A stretch of DNA of 64,000 bases from a virus. Below are positions 54,440 through 64,000 of the stretch, piece by piece. Numbering within the stretch: position 1 is the first letter of the stretch; every line of letters starts with the position of its first letter. Made by a program: the position numbers and the translations under genes. The stretch is from positions 32,001 through 96,000 of IMG/VR virus record IMGVR_UViG_3300009152_000030. The stretch is one strand, 5' to 3'. Below the pieces are notes generated by a model. It saw nothing but the letters and a program-made list of their open reading frames with translations, did not search any database and was not told the DNA's origin.

Positions 54440-57400
54440 ATGCCATATGTAAATTTACCTGGTAGTTATGTAGAGCTTCAGGACGGAAACCTCGGCCAGA
54501 TTTCGGCAAATACTAGTCAGTCAGTTCTAGTAATTGGTACAGCTAGCAAAGGTTTAACAAGTGAGCCCTATCAAGTGACTGATATTGCTTCTGTCGTTCG
54601 TGAGTTTGGTGCGACATCCGAGCTAACTCGTGGTGCTTCCGAAGTCAAGAAAGGTGGTGGTACAAACATTTACCTATATCGTCTTCCTGGCACTGCTCCT
54701 TCTGTCTCTGCCATTGGCGCTGACTACGATGGCTCAGGTGTTGCTGGTATTAAGATTACCCCGATTCAACAATCTCCAGAAGCAGCTGCAAATTATGCTG
54801 TTGCCTATAAGCATGCTGAACTTTACTCAAGTGATGGAGCCGGAGAACTAGCGGACAAAAGCCGTGTTGTAGCTCAACTTGTTGTTGTCAATCTTACGAC
54901 TGACGCTATTGTCTGGATGGGGGATGCCTTTGACGGCGCTACTTCTGATAATGGTGAAGTTGATGTAAGCTTTGATATGGCAGACATTGATCTTGGTCTT
55001 GGTTCTGCAAAAGATTCAGATGCACTAGAGACTTTAAAGCTTGCGGTCACCATTCCTGGTAGTTACAGTGGTGGAGATTATTCCGTTTCGGTCTCTGGCG
55101 TGACTGTAACAGGTGATCTTTCATCGGTTGCTTATGAAGAAGTCTCTGCAGCTTCTAGCACTAATACCAATCAGCCAGTAGGTGTTACGGAATGGTATTT
55201 CCATACAATGCCAAAGTTTACGGTTACACTTCCAACAGGCAGTGGCACCGGTGTCTATACTGCTGCTCAGGTTAGCATTGTGGACGGTGGCATGGACGCA
55301 GCAAATGAAGTTAAACTTTATGATGGTCTTATTGCTGGTACTAATACCTCAAGTGTCTTCCTTGTTGACAGAGGGGAAGGGGCCGATGGATCTGGCCTTG
55401 AGATTGATGTCTCAATTAATTATGCTACATCAGGTGCTTATACAGTTTCACAAGTTAACGTTACTGATGCAGGCCAAGATTATATGGTTGGCGACGTACT
55501 TGTTTGGAAGGGCACAGACCTTGGTGGGACAAGCGCCAATGATCTTACACTTACTGTTACTGAAGTTGATGCAGGGGAAGGTGGTACAGTTACTGGCTTT
55601 ATTGTTTCTGGTACAAGATTTGTACACAAGCCATTTAAAGCTGGCGTTTCACCAAGTACCCTTACCATTCTAGGTACTGCACTAGGAGGTTCAACAGCTG
55701 CACATGATCTTACTCTTACAGTTACAAGTGTAACCTCTCTTGGCTTAATCTCTACCGTCAGTGTTACGGGTAGTCGTCAAGCTCAAACGTTAACGCCAAC
55801 TGCTATTGCTACAAGACTTGAGGCAGACTTTGTGGCGTCTACTTTGTCTGAAATTTTTTCTATTAATCGTTCTTCTGGAGAAATTACATTTACACCTAAT
55901 GGTCCTACAAATGGAACATCTAATGTACTAGTGTACCCTTCTGATCATCCTTGGGCTGGCTATGCAGCTAGACCCTTTGTTAGTGCCCCTCTTGTTGTTG
56001 GTGGGTCAGGAATAACAATTGCGGGTAGTTCTGCCTCACATCGTCGTAGTCGTGATATTGGCCTTTATCCTCTATCTCTTGACAGAGCTTTTTCTTCTGT
56101 TCAGGGTGGTGTCTATGTGCCTCTGTCAAAGGTTAAAGATGGTGGTGCGGTTCTTTCCTACGGTCTTCGTGGTTCCGCTTTCTATCAGTGCGGATCTTCA
56201 GCCTATCTAGCTGCAAATGCTCTTGGTACAAGTCAAGTTGTTTATGATCTTGGCGATACAGGGCAAAGCCTATCCCTTATAAAGAGATACGAAAAGATTC
56301 ATACTGCATTTGAGGATCTTGACCTTGCCGCATTCGACTTTATTGTTCCTCTTTCTGTCCATCTAAATAGTCCTAACATTGCAGATGGCCTTGAGACTAC
56401 ATGGGCTGATAGTTCTTACCCAGTTCCTGGGTCCTCGAAGGACGTTCTTGGTTATCTTGCTACTGTTAACAATGGCGACTATACCTATACTTACTACTGG
56501 TCAGATGACTCCATTTCTGCTAAGATTGCAAGCGCTGGCGTTGTAGAAGATGCATCACCTTCTCTTCTTTACACTGAAGTGAACTTTGCTCATCTTCTAG
56601 CTAAGTACTGTCATGAAAACTCAAGTGATTACAAGTTTGTTCATGGTGTAATTGGTACAACTCTTCCAAGTGGCCTTAATCCTCGTGCCATTAGAGCTTA
56701 CTATGGTAGCGCTCCTTCTTACGTCTTTGACGGCGAAGAGAATGCTTACTATGTGACAGAGAATGGCGTTGGTCTTCTTGGTCATAAGTTTGTTGGTGGT
56801 CATACTACTTTCAATAATGGTCTTAAACATGGTGGCCTTTTCCTTACCAAGGATGGCCTAATCGATTATGCTGATGCCAATCTTGTTCTTGACGAGAATC
56901 AGAAAAAGGTTGATCTTGGTAAGTATATCAGTGTTGTTGCCTTCTTTGGTAGAACTACGGATGACTTGAATCCTCGTCGTCCTAACTACATTTTGAATGC
57001 TGCTACAATGGTTGCTGGTCTTCTTCCTACAATTTCAGTTGCAAACTCACTAATCAACGAAAAGCTTACTCAGCTTACTGTTGACTACAGAACTGAGACT
57101 AAGGTTATTGATGCTGGTTGCGGTCTTGGTCTTGTTATGGCTAAGAGCGAGCCTAATGGTGTCTCTGCTTCAATTGCTGACTCACCGACATTTGCATCAC
57201 CAACCTCTGACTACACAAGACTTACAACGGTCAGAATCATCTCAAGACTAGTTGATCAGTTGAGAGTTGCGACTCGTCCTTTCATTGGCAAGGGTCTTTC
57301 CGCGCCCATGAGAGCTGCTCTTGAATCCGCCATTGGTGAAGTCCTTAAGGATAACATTGCTGGTGAGCCTATCCAGACGGTTACTAGTGCTTCGTTCAAG

Positions 57401-57514
57401 ATTGAGCAAAGCGCTTCAGACCGTGTTCTTGGTAAGATGAAAGTGAGGCTTACAATTACTCCGGTATTTGAGCTTCGCCAGATTACCTTCTCAGTCAACT
57501 TAAGCGCACAGTAA
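54440..57514 (+). CDS. Contractile tail sheath protein
   Basis: LPGSYVELQDG, VIGTA.KG, SDYTRLTTVRI, PFIGK, PVFELRQI. Confidence 0.9.
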   Translation: MPYVNLPGSYVELQDGNLGQISANTSQSVLVIGTASKGLTSEPYQVTDIASVVREFGATSELTRGASEVKKGGGTNIYLYRLPGTAPSVSAIGADYDGSGVAGIKITPIQQSPEAAANYAVAYKHAELYSSDGAGELADKSRVVAQLVVVNLTTDAIVWMGDAFDGATSDNGEVDVSFDMADIDLGLGSAKDSDALETLKLAVTIPGSYSGGDYSVSVSGVTVTGDLSSVAYEEVSAASSTNTNQPVGVTEWYFHTMPKFTVTLPTGSGTGVYTAAQVSIVDGGMDAANEVKLYDGLIAGTNTSSVFLVDRGEGADGSGLEIDVSINYATSGAYTVSQVNVTDAGQDYMVGDVLVWKGTDLGGTSANDLTLTVTEVDAGEGGTVTGFIVSGTRFVHKPFKAGVSPSTLTILGTALGGSTAAHDLTLTVTSVTSLGLISTVSVTGSRQAQTLTPTAIATRLEADFVASTLSEIFSINRSSGEITFTPNGPTNGTSNVLVYPSDHPWAGYAARPFVSAPLVVGGSGITIAGSSASHRRSRDIGLYPLSLDRAFSSVQGGVYVPLSKVKDGGAVLSYGLRGSAFYQCGSSAYLAANALGTSQVVYDLGDTGQSLSLIKRYEKIHTAFEDLDLAAFDFIVPLSVHLNSPNIADGLETTWADSSYPVPGSSKDVLGYLATVNNGDYTYTYYWSDDSISAKIASAGVVEDASPSLLYTEVNFAHLLAKYCHENSSDYKFVHGVIGTTLPSGLNPRAIRAYYGSAPSYVFDGEENAYYVTENGVGLLGHKFVGGHTTFNNGLKHGGLFLTKDGLIDYADANLVLDENQKKVDLGKYISVVAFFGRTTDDLNPRRPNYILNAATMVAGLLPTISVANSLINEKLTQLTVDYRTETKVIDAGCGLGLVMAKSEPNGVSASIADSPTFASPTSDYTRLTTVRIISRLVDQLRVATRPFIGKGLSAPMRAALESAIGEVLKDNIAGEPIQTVTSASFKIEQSASDRVLGKMKVRLTITPVFELRQITFSVNLSAQ

Positions 57515-57532
57515 TTCTAAAGGAGAACAAAA

Positions 57533-58171
57533 ATGGCCGCAGCAGATTTTACAACAAGATCATTTAACAGCTTCTCCGGAGCAGACATTAAAGCTGTCTT
57601 TGGCGCTAAGGAAGTTGGTAACCTAATGGCAGTCTCTTACGCAATTCAGCGTGAAAAGGCTCCTATCTACGTTCTAGGTGAAGCAAACCCTCGTGGTTTC
57701 TCACGTGGCAAGCGTGGTATTGCTGGTTCACTTATCTTTATTCAGTTTGATACCCATGCTATTCTTGAACAGTTCCAAGGTGGTGACCTTGGTAACTTTG
57801 TCAAGAAGAAGTATGAAATCTCTCCTGGAGATCTAAAGAAAGATGACGCAGCTCTTAGTGCTATTGCATCAACTCTTGATACAGCCGCACTTGGTGAAGT
57901 CACAAAGGCTTTCTATGCCGACCAGATTCCTCCTTTCGACATTACAGTTGCGGCTTGTAATGAGTTTGGCATTCAAGCTCGTTGCGTTATTCACGGCTGT
58001 GAACTCATGAATGAAGGTTGGGGTATGGGTATCGAAGACCGTCAAGCTGATATGCAGACAACATATCTTGCCCGTGCGGTTACTCGTTGGACCGCTAGCA
58101 GAGACGAAGGCTCGGGTATTACCAACGTTGGTACAATCAAGCGCGATGGTGGCTCGATCACTATCTCCTAG
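57533..58171 (+). CDS. Tail tube protein
   Basis: After sheath; SFSGADI, REKAPIYVLG, RGKRGIAGSLIF, DQIPPFDI. Confidence 0.8.
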   Translation: MAAADFTTRSFNSFSGADIKAVFGAKEVGNLMAVSYAIQREKAPIYVLGEANPRGFSRGKRGIAGSLIFIQFDTHAILEQFQGGDLGNFVKKKYEISPGDLKKDDAALSAIASTLDTAALGEVTKAFYADQIPPFDITVAACNEFGIQARCVIHGCELMNEGWGMGIEDRQADMQTTYLARAVTRWTASRDEGSGITNVGTIKRDGGSITIS

Positions 58172-58192
58172 TACTAAAGTCAGACAATAGGA

Positions 58193-58225
58193 AGCCCACG
58201 TATATAATATATACGTGGGTTTTTT
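58193..58225 (+). terminator. Intrinsic terminator after tail tube
   Basis: AGCCCACGTATAT-AAT-ATATACGTGGGTT-TTTT. Confidence 0.85.
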
Positions 58226-58243
58226 ATTTATGGAGGATTGGTT

Positions 58244-58372
58244 ATGGAAAAGCAATCTTTAACTGATAGAATAAAATTATCTATAGCAATAATAATAATT
58301 ATTGTAGTGTTTCTTGGCTATGTCTATCTTACAGACATATTAAATAAATTTGAGTCTCACTTAAAAAGGTAA
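58244..58372 (+). CDS. Small single-TM protein (42 aa; not in ORF track)
   Basis: GGAGG RBS; MEKQSLTDRIKLSIAIIIIIVVFLGYVYLTDILNKFESHLKR*. Confidence 0.55.
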   Translation: MEKQSLTDRIKLSIAIIIIIVVFLGYVYLTDILNKFESHLKR

Positions 58373-58373
58373 C

Positions 58374-59150
58374 ATGTCAGGTACATTCTCACAAGGCTAC
58401 TCTAGAACTGGTAGAATGGGATTCTCTGGTTGTGATATAAACGCTATTATTCGTTTGCCACAGTACATGAGAGGAACCCAACAGTTGAATGAAGAAAAGG
58501 TATTTAATATTGGTACTTTGCAAACTATAAGTATTTCAACTTATAATGCTAAGACTCCTGTTAAGGCTTTGGGATTTAAAAGTCCAATTGGAGTAGCAAG
58601 AGGAGGAAGAACCATTGCTGGCACTTTGATCTTTAACCAAATGCATCTACATGTTTTGAATGAGAATGCATTTGCAACTGGATATACAACCTTAAACGAT
58701 AAGGGAGGATTCCTTACTTATAGCTCAGGAGATGTTGACTATGTAATCCCAGAGAAGTCTGAAGAGATAAACAAAGAAAAACTAAAAAAGCAGTGGGATT
58801 TTTCTTGGGATACAAGTCTCTTTGGAGAAGTAAGTAAGCCAAGTGACTTGCCGCCATTTGACATTATTATTTTGTTTCTAAACGAGGATAATGATGTTGG
58901 CAAGATTATTCTATATGGTGTTGACATTGTACATGATTCACAAACAATGTCAGTAGAAGATATATATACTGAAGTACAATATCAGTATATTGCAAGAGAC
59001 ATCGAATATTTTCATGCCGTTAGGCTTAGTGATACACGTAGCTGGAGAAGCCAAGCAAATTCACCTAAGGTTGCAAGTGTTGCATCTGAGGATGTAGCTC
59101 CTCTACCAGATTCATCACCGGCCCCATCACATGAGGAAGAAACAAGTTAA
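58374..59150 (+). CDS. Tail tube-like protein 2
   Basis: FSGCDI, RGGRTIAGTLIF, SDLPPFDI: paralog of 57533-58171. Confidence 0.7.
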   Translation: MSGTFSQGYSRTGRMGFSGCDINAIIRLPQYMRGTQQLNEEKVFNIGTLQTISISTYNAKTPVKALGFKSPIGVARGGRTIAGTLIFNQMHLHVLNENAFATGYTTLNDKGGFLTYSSGDVDYVIPEKSEEINKEKLKKQWDFSWDTSLFGEVSKPSDLPPFDIIILFLNEDNDVGKIILYGVDIVHDSQTMSVEDIYTEVQYQYIARDIEYFHAVRLSDTRSWRSQANSPKVASVASEDVAPLPDSSPAPSHEEETS

Positions 59151-59196
59151 ACTTGAATAAGTAATTTATATACTAGAAATAATTTCTGGAGATTGA

Positions 59197-60081
59197 ATGG
59201 GAAGACAAGTTGCAAGTATATATACTGGATCTAATATTTCTCTTACTATAGGAGAAACATTAGTTGGTAATGCTTTTGGTATTTCATATGATCTTTCTCA
59301 GAATAAAAGACCTATTTATGGATACAACAGTACGCTATTTGATGCTATTTCAACTGGACAAGTTATTGTAATAGGTCAGTTATATTTAACTTATCAACAT
59401 GCAAATTATCTTTCTAAAATTATGAGAGATTACTACAATTTTCCAAATAGATCTACTGATTATAAAAAAGATCAAGTTAATGGAGTAATTGATAGAAATG
59501 CATTTATTCGTAATGATGAGAACGCTCAAGCGGATGCCGAAAATACTATAAGAGAAATAGTAACTGGAACTACAATTGGCGGTGCTGCAAGGCAAGATAA
59601 GAACTACGATGAGCTGTTAAATGACTTGTTTAATAGTCCTTCAAAACTACAAGATTATCGCTCTGCGTTTTCTCCAAGAGAAAATCAATTAAATGGAATT
59701 GACCTTAGCAAAAGCAATGGAAAATTTGGTTATGCTTCAGGGTCAGTAACTGATCCAAGAAATATTCAATTATTTGGTGATCTTGGATCACAAGATTCTC
59801 TTTATAAAAGACCAGACCAATTTTCCAATAACTCAAGCGCAGCAGTATGGCCAGGTATAGACATTGTGATTACATATGGTGATCCTAAATTTAATAACGA
59901 ACAAACTGGTATCCTAGACTATAGTAACTCCTTTTCAACTGTATTGAAAAGTGTTCATTTTATAGGCGAAAGCCAACAGGTAATGGCGGATGATCAACCT
60001 GTGATGGAGGTCTATAAGTTTATAGCTAGAGACAAATATACATTAATTAAACCTGAAGTCGCAGAAGAAAGTAAAAAATAA
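59197..60081 (+). CDS. Tail tube-like/baseplate hub-type protein 3
   Basis: YTGSNI, KRPIYGYNS, EVYKFIARD. Confidence 0.6.
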   Translation: MGRQVASIYTGSNISLTIGETLVGNAFGISYDLSQNKRPIYGYNSTLFDAISTGQVIVIGQLYLTYQHANYLSKIMRDYYNFPNRSTDYKKDQVNGVIDRNAFIRNDENAQADAENTIREIVTGTTIGGAARQDKNYDELLNDLFNSPSKLQDYRSAFSPRENQLNGIDLSKSNGKFGYASGSVTDPRNIQLFGDLGSQDSLYKRPDQFSNNSSAAVWPGIDIVITYGDPKFNNEQTGILDYSNSFSTVLKSVHFIGESQQVMADDQPVMEVYKFIARDKYTLIKPEVAEESKK

Positions 60082-60095
60082 TAATAGGAGTTTTT

Positions 60096-60614
60096 ATGGT
60101 AGACTTAGATAATAACTTAGAAGATGAAGCCGATATTAAATTAGCTGCAAAGCTTGACAAAGCTAGAAAGGAAAAAGAGAAAAAGGAAGCTGAAGCCGTT
60201 GCTTCTGTTGTTTCAGAAACCGATCTCCCAGATGATGGTCCTGAGTCAGAGCCAATGGACGAAAAGGAACTGCTTTATAGTTCACTTGAAAAGCTTGGAT
60301 GCTCAAAGTCGTACCTAGTTAAGATGAAGGAACGCCATGGTACTGTAATTGTCTATCCACATGAGGATGGCAAGTGGTTTGTTGTTAGACCACTCAGAGT
60401 CCGTGAAATGAAAATGATTCGTGAGATTGCAGGACAAGATCCCGAAAAGCTCAATAAGGAAATCCTAGAAGCAGGATGTGTATTCCCAATGCTTTCAGAA
60501 GAAGCCATTTCGGATCTTCCAGCTGGTCTTCCGGATCTGCTTGTTAACATGATTAGCCGACTTAGTGCATTCATTCCAGTTGAACTTGCATTCTCGCTAA
60601 GCAAAGAGCTCTAA
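60096..60614 (+). CDS. Putative tail assembly chaperone
   Basis: FVVRPL..RE, AGLPDLL...I..LSAF; position before tape measure. Confidence 0.6.
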   Translation: MVDLDNNLEDEADIKLAAKLDKARKEKEKKEAEAVASVVSETDLPDDGPESEPMDEKELLYSSLEKLGCSKSYLVKMKERHGTVIVYPHEDGKWFVVRPLRVREMKMIREIAGQDPEKLNKEILEAGCVFPMLSEEAISDLPAGLPDLLVNMISRLSAFIPVELAFSLSKEL

Positions 60615-60631
60615 ACATAATAAGATAAAAA

Positions 60632-61690
60632 ATGGAAATTGATATCTTTGAACATAAAGATATTCCCTTATATGTTATAGATATTCCTTACAACTTATCT
60701 AGTAAGTTGACTGTATTCTATACTCGTATTCCATGGGGAGAATATAAGAGAATTCGTTTTGCAGAACGAGCTCAAAGTATTGCTCCATGGGATCTAAAGA
60801 TGAAAATCTTTAGGGATTATACAGTTAGAGATCCAGGTTGGACAGATATGGAAATAGATCTATTGCCTGCAGGTGTAGTAGATACTATTGCAGATCTTAT
60901 TATGTATGTTAGTGATTCCGGAATCATACCTGATAAAGATGGCAGGATTAATATTCCTGCGTTTACATATAGATTAAATATGTATAGAAGCATTGCAAGA
61001 ACAAATGTTGAATATCAGATGTATACTGTTATTTGTCTGGTGTTCAAAGCCTATACTTTTGAGATGCTAGATAAACTATCTTTTGACAAGATATCAAGTC
61101 TGTTTGCTAGCGCTGAAAGATACTTGCTAGAGAATGGTATGCTCAAGCAGCCACTAGAAATTTACAATCCCGAAGACCAAATACCAGAAGAGGATTCAGC
61201 GCCTAAACCTCCTGTGAAGACTAATGTTGCACCAGACTCTGAAGAGGGTAGCTTCTTGAAGGAACTCTTAAAAGTAAGAGAACAGCAAGAAAAACAAGAA
61301 GCAAAGCTTAGGAAAGAAGAGGATGTTAGAAGGGAGCAACAAGACAAACCAAAACAAGAAGAAGAGATCAAGAAAAAAGTCCAAGAAAAAATAGGTAGAA
61401 CTGAATACATTCCACCAAAGGATGCTGTGGCTATTTCAAATGGCGTTGCTGTTAATGTCCCAGGAATTAAAATTAATAGAGAAAACCGACTTGGAGGATT
61501 TGAAAGTTCTGACTTTACTGGCGCAACCATGACAGATGCAGAAGCATTGGCAATGCAAATGGAAATGGGACTAATGCCAGCAGGGTATGAACTCATTGTA
61601 CAGAAGCAGGAAAGAGAGCGAGACGAAGCTGCTAAAATGCCAAAACAAAAGCCAAATTTCAAAAAGAGGTTTAAAACTAAACCAGAATAG
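60632..61690 (+). CDS. Putative tail assembly chaperone 2
   Basis: LPAGVVDTIADLI...S motif similar to preceding gene; charged C-terminus. Confidence 0.5.
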   Translation: MEIDIFEHKDIPLYVIDIPYNLSSKLTVFYTRIPWGEYKRIRFAERAQSIAPWDLKMKIFRDYTVRDPGWTDMEIDLLPAGVVDTIADLIMYVSDSGIIPDKDGRINIPAFTYRLNMYRSIARTNVEYQMYTVICLVFKAYTFEMLDKLSFDKISSLFASAERYLLENGMLKQPLEIYNPEDQIPEEDSAPKPPVKTNVAPDSEEGSFLKELLKVREQQEKQEAKLRKEEDVRREQQDKPKQEEEIKKKVQEKIGRTEYIPPKDAVAISNGVAVNVPGIKINRENRLGGFESSDFTGATMTDAEALAMQMEMGLMPAGYELIVQKQERERDEAAKMPKQKPNFKKRFKTKPE

Positions 61691-61737
61691 CAAGGTTTAG
61701 GAGAAAATAAGAATATACTCTTTTATAGTAAGTTAAT

Positions 61738-64000
61738 ATGGCTCTACCTAATGTAATTGCAGAACAACTTGCTCAATACCATGATCTTACCCAATCTGTG
61801 GAAAGATCACAGTATTCTGAAGATAAGCAAACATGGGCAGAAAGCTCTGGAGCTGCAGGCGAAGAAATAACTATAGCTGACCAAGCTCTAAATCTTGCAA
61901 TGAAGAGTGCAGCTGGTGGTCTTGTTTTTTTTATGGGACCAAGTGCAATACGTGGGGCCGGTGAGCTTTCAAAAAGCACAAAGTTCCAGTCTTGGCAATT
62001 AGGGGGAAGTTTTAGTCACGTCAATAAAGTAAGCGATGTCTTTAACCTGAAGACTGGCAAAGAGGCTATGAAGACTCTAAGAGCTGTTACTTTTAGAGCT
62101 AGTCAAGAATTGATGAATATTACTTCATCAGATGATCCTCAAAGTTTTTGGTATGCTGGCATTAAGAAGGTAGAGCAAAGTGGATTAAATTTACCTATAT
62201 TTGATAATGTTGTTAAGCTTTTTGCCAAAGCTACATATATGAGTGATGTTTTATCCTACACTACAAAAAGAAAAGGTAGAACAGTTTTGAACGTAAGTAT
62301 GAATGCTCTTGGGGCTACTAATAGATCCAGAACATTAGATTTATATGCAAAACAATTAAAGATGAATCGAAAGAAGCTAGAGTTATTAGACTATCTAGTC
62401 TTTGAGGATGGAGACGTATTTGCTGGTAGATTGAATATGTACGGCGAAGTAGTAGCGGCAGCTGGTCCTCAGAAAAAACTAAACAAGAAAGCAGCAAGAC
62501 TAGTTGACAAAGGTTTGTTTACCGAAGCTTTACTTGGAATAGTTGAACCTTCCCTTGGTTTAAAAAATAGAAAGACAGGGGCAACTTTTGCCGAAGGCAT
62601 TGGTGGAAAGGAAGGGTTTGTTCTGTTAGCCAAAGATAGCATAGACCCAGAGTTGAATCGACTAATAGGTCGAATGCAGAATTTAACTAAAGTACGGTTT
62701 TTGCCTGGTGCGAATGGGAGAGGAAACTCGCTTGCTGATCTTGGACTTTTTAAAAGCACTAATTTAAAAAGATATGCAACTACAGCATTATTAACTGAAG
62801 CTTACGGAACTATGGCACTCCAAAGAACCTCAAGATTGTTCTCGGAATTGTATAACCAAGTAGGTGATTTTTTTGAATATATATCGCCTGCGCCTAAGCA
62901 GAAGATTTACAACTTCTTATCTAAGAATAATCTTGCTCCAAGAATAGAACATGGCCATGGCGCAGCAATGCTTGTTAGGTATGCTGGCATGGCAGCTAAG
63001 GTTGCTTTTACTTTAGCAACTGTTAATCAGCTTGGCTGGAATATGATGAATGGAGATCCTGTTACTTCTACTGCCTCAGGAGCAGTTCAGACAGTTGGAT
63101 TAACTGTTGCTGGTGCTTATCTTGGAAAGAAAATTCCAGAGATCTTATCTGATGATTTAGGATTTGCTCCTGTCTTTAAAAAGATGGCAATGCAAGTCAC
63201 AAGTAATTCACAAAGGCGTACGCTTGTGGGCGCGGGGATGGGCGCAGCTTTAGGTGTTATGGGAATGGCCGGAGTAGGTCCATTTGCTGCTGGGCCAATT
63301 CCAGGAGTTGCTAATCTTGTAGCAAGAGGCAGTGAGATTAGAAGTTACATAGGAGAAATTGTTCCTATTAATGCGTGGCGACGTAGCGTTGAAGAGATGA
63401 TGCCTGGATCTACTGGAGTTATACCTGCTATGGGTATTGGATTTTTAGCTGGTGCAAGTTATGTTGCAGCAACTAGAGGTATTAGAATTTCTGACACTCT
63501 TAAGATTGGTGGATTATCTAAAGATACGATTGTTGAACAACAAGAAAGAGCAAAATTCCTAAGAGCTAAGTTTAGAGGCAAAGAAGGTATTACTCTTGCC
63601 GAAATGGGCAATGAAGTAAGAGAACAAGCTGGCAGGGTTCTTAGAGCTAATAAGGCACACCAAGATGCTTATGCAAATCTTTCTGATAAAGAAAAAATAA
63701 GATCGAGAAGAACGCTAGAGTCTACTATAAGAAAAATCAGAGGAGATACTGGTGGACTATCTGCTAAGCAAAGTGAGGTTGTAGAGCAAAATATGAATTC
63801 TTATATTTCCTCTCTTGAGAGAGAAGGAGAGTATGGACTATTAAATAATCCAATAGGAAAGGTTGCAGACATCTCTAACTTTGATCAAATAGCAGAACAT
63901 ATAACTGACCATACATATGCGGAAGCAAAAAGTAAAATCTTTGCAAGTGAAAAAAGTGCTCTTGGGAGACTGAGAGAGGCTATACGTGTTGCACCCAGAG
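61738..64000 (+). CDS. Tape-measure-like large tail protein (5' part, runs off window)
   Basis: ATG 61738; frame open in all spot-checked lines to the window end; Ala/Gly-rich helical and hydrophobic segments; follows chaperones. Confidence 0.6.
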   Translation, partial: MALPNVIAEQLAQYHDLTQSVERSQYSEDKQTWAESSGAAGEEITIADQALNLAMKSAAGGLVFFMGPSAIRGAGELSKSTKFQSWQLGGSFSHVNKVSDVFNLKTGKEAMKTLRAVTFRASQELMNITSSDDPQSFWYAGIKKVEQSGLNLPIFDNVVKLFAKATYMSDVLSYTTKRKGRTVLNVSMNALGATNRSRTLDLYAKQLKMNRKKLELLDYLVFEDGDVFAGRLNMYGEVVAAAGPQKKLNKKAARLVDKGLFTEALLGIVEPSLGLKNRKTGATFAEGIGGKEGFVLLAKDSIDPELNRLIGRMQNLTKVRFLPGANGRGNSLADLGLFKSTNLKRYATTALLTEAYGTMALQRTSRLFSELYNQVGDFFEYISPAPKQKIYNFLSKNNLAPRIEHGHGAAMLVRYAGMAAKVAFTLATVNQLGWNMMNGDPVTSTASGAVQTVGLTVAGAYLGKKIPEILSDDLGFAPVFKKMAMQVTSNSQRRTLVGAGMGAALGVMGMAGVGPFAAGPIPGVANLVARGSEIRSYIGEIVPINAWRRSVEEMMPGSTGVIPAMGIGFLAGASYVAATRGIRISDTLKIGGLSKDTIVEQQERAKFLRAKFRGKEGITLAEMGNEVREQAGRVLRANKAHQDAYANLSDKEKIRSRRTLESTIRKIRGDTGGLSAKQSEVVEQNMNSYISSLEREGEYGLLNNPIGKVADISNFDQIAEHITDHTYAEAKSKIFASEKSALGRLREAIRVAPR

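Noticed and set aside
60096-61690. Lambda G/GT-type frameshift between tail chaperones
   Set aside because: No convincing slippery heptamer at the end of the first gene; the second has its own ATG after a 17-nt gap
1-64000. Stop-codon reassignment
   Set aside because: TAG ends bona fide genes (tail tube before a terminator; 37105 just before the terL ATG), long genes are intact in code 11, and no suppressor tRNA is seen

Overview
This window looks like part of a large (probably jumbo) myovirus genome read in the standard genetic code, with two divergent arms meeting at an AT-rich spacer (~23.5-23.8 kb). RIGHT ARM (+ strand, 23.8-64 kb, AT-rich, AGA-rich) is a morphogenesis module. It carries a putative terminase small subunit, a DnaQ/thermonuclease double-nuclease protein, two paralogous Gly-rich proteins with caspase-like His-Gly/Cys motifs, terminase large subunit and portal. 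The portal can be joined by a -1 shift at an A10 run to a Mu-gpF-like domain. Then come a multidomain prohead protease, a Dps ferritin, major capsid, neck proteins, sheath, three tube-like proteins, chaperones and the start of a tape-measure-like gene. LEFT ARM (- strand, 1-23.5 kb, mostly GC-richer) is an early/accessory region. It holds a ~1470-aa protein with the motif order of a single-chain two-barrel (YonO/eukaryotic RdRP-like) RNA polymerase, a variant DGGDADD active site and a fused YspA-type SLOG domain. It also has tandem membrane-anchored trypsin-like proteases, a phosphatase fused to a histone-H1-like tail, three PcfJ-like proteins, two SSBs and tRNA-Arg(UCU). A dense cluster of unannotated structured RNAs lies at 4.9-7.6 kb, including a six-unit tandem array of covarying H-type pseudoknots (7125-7487) next to a CCA-ending tRNA-like RNA. 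Left-arm ORFs also contain many nested in-frame Shine-Dalgarno+ATG starts. All calls come from motif recognition by eye; no searches were run.
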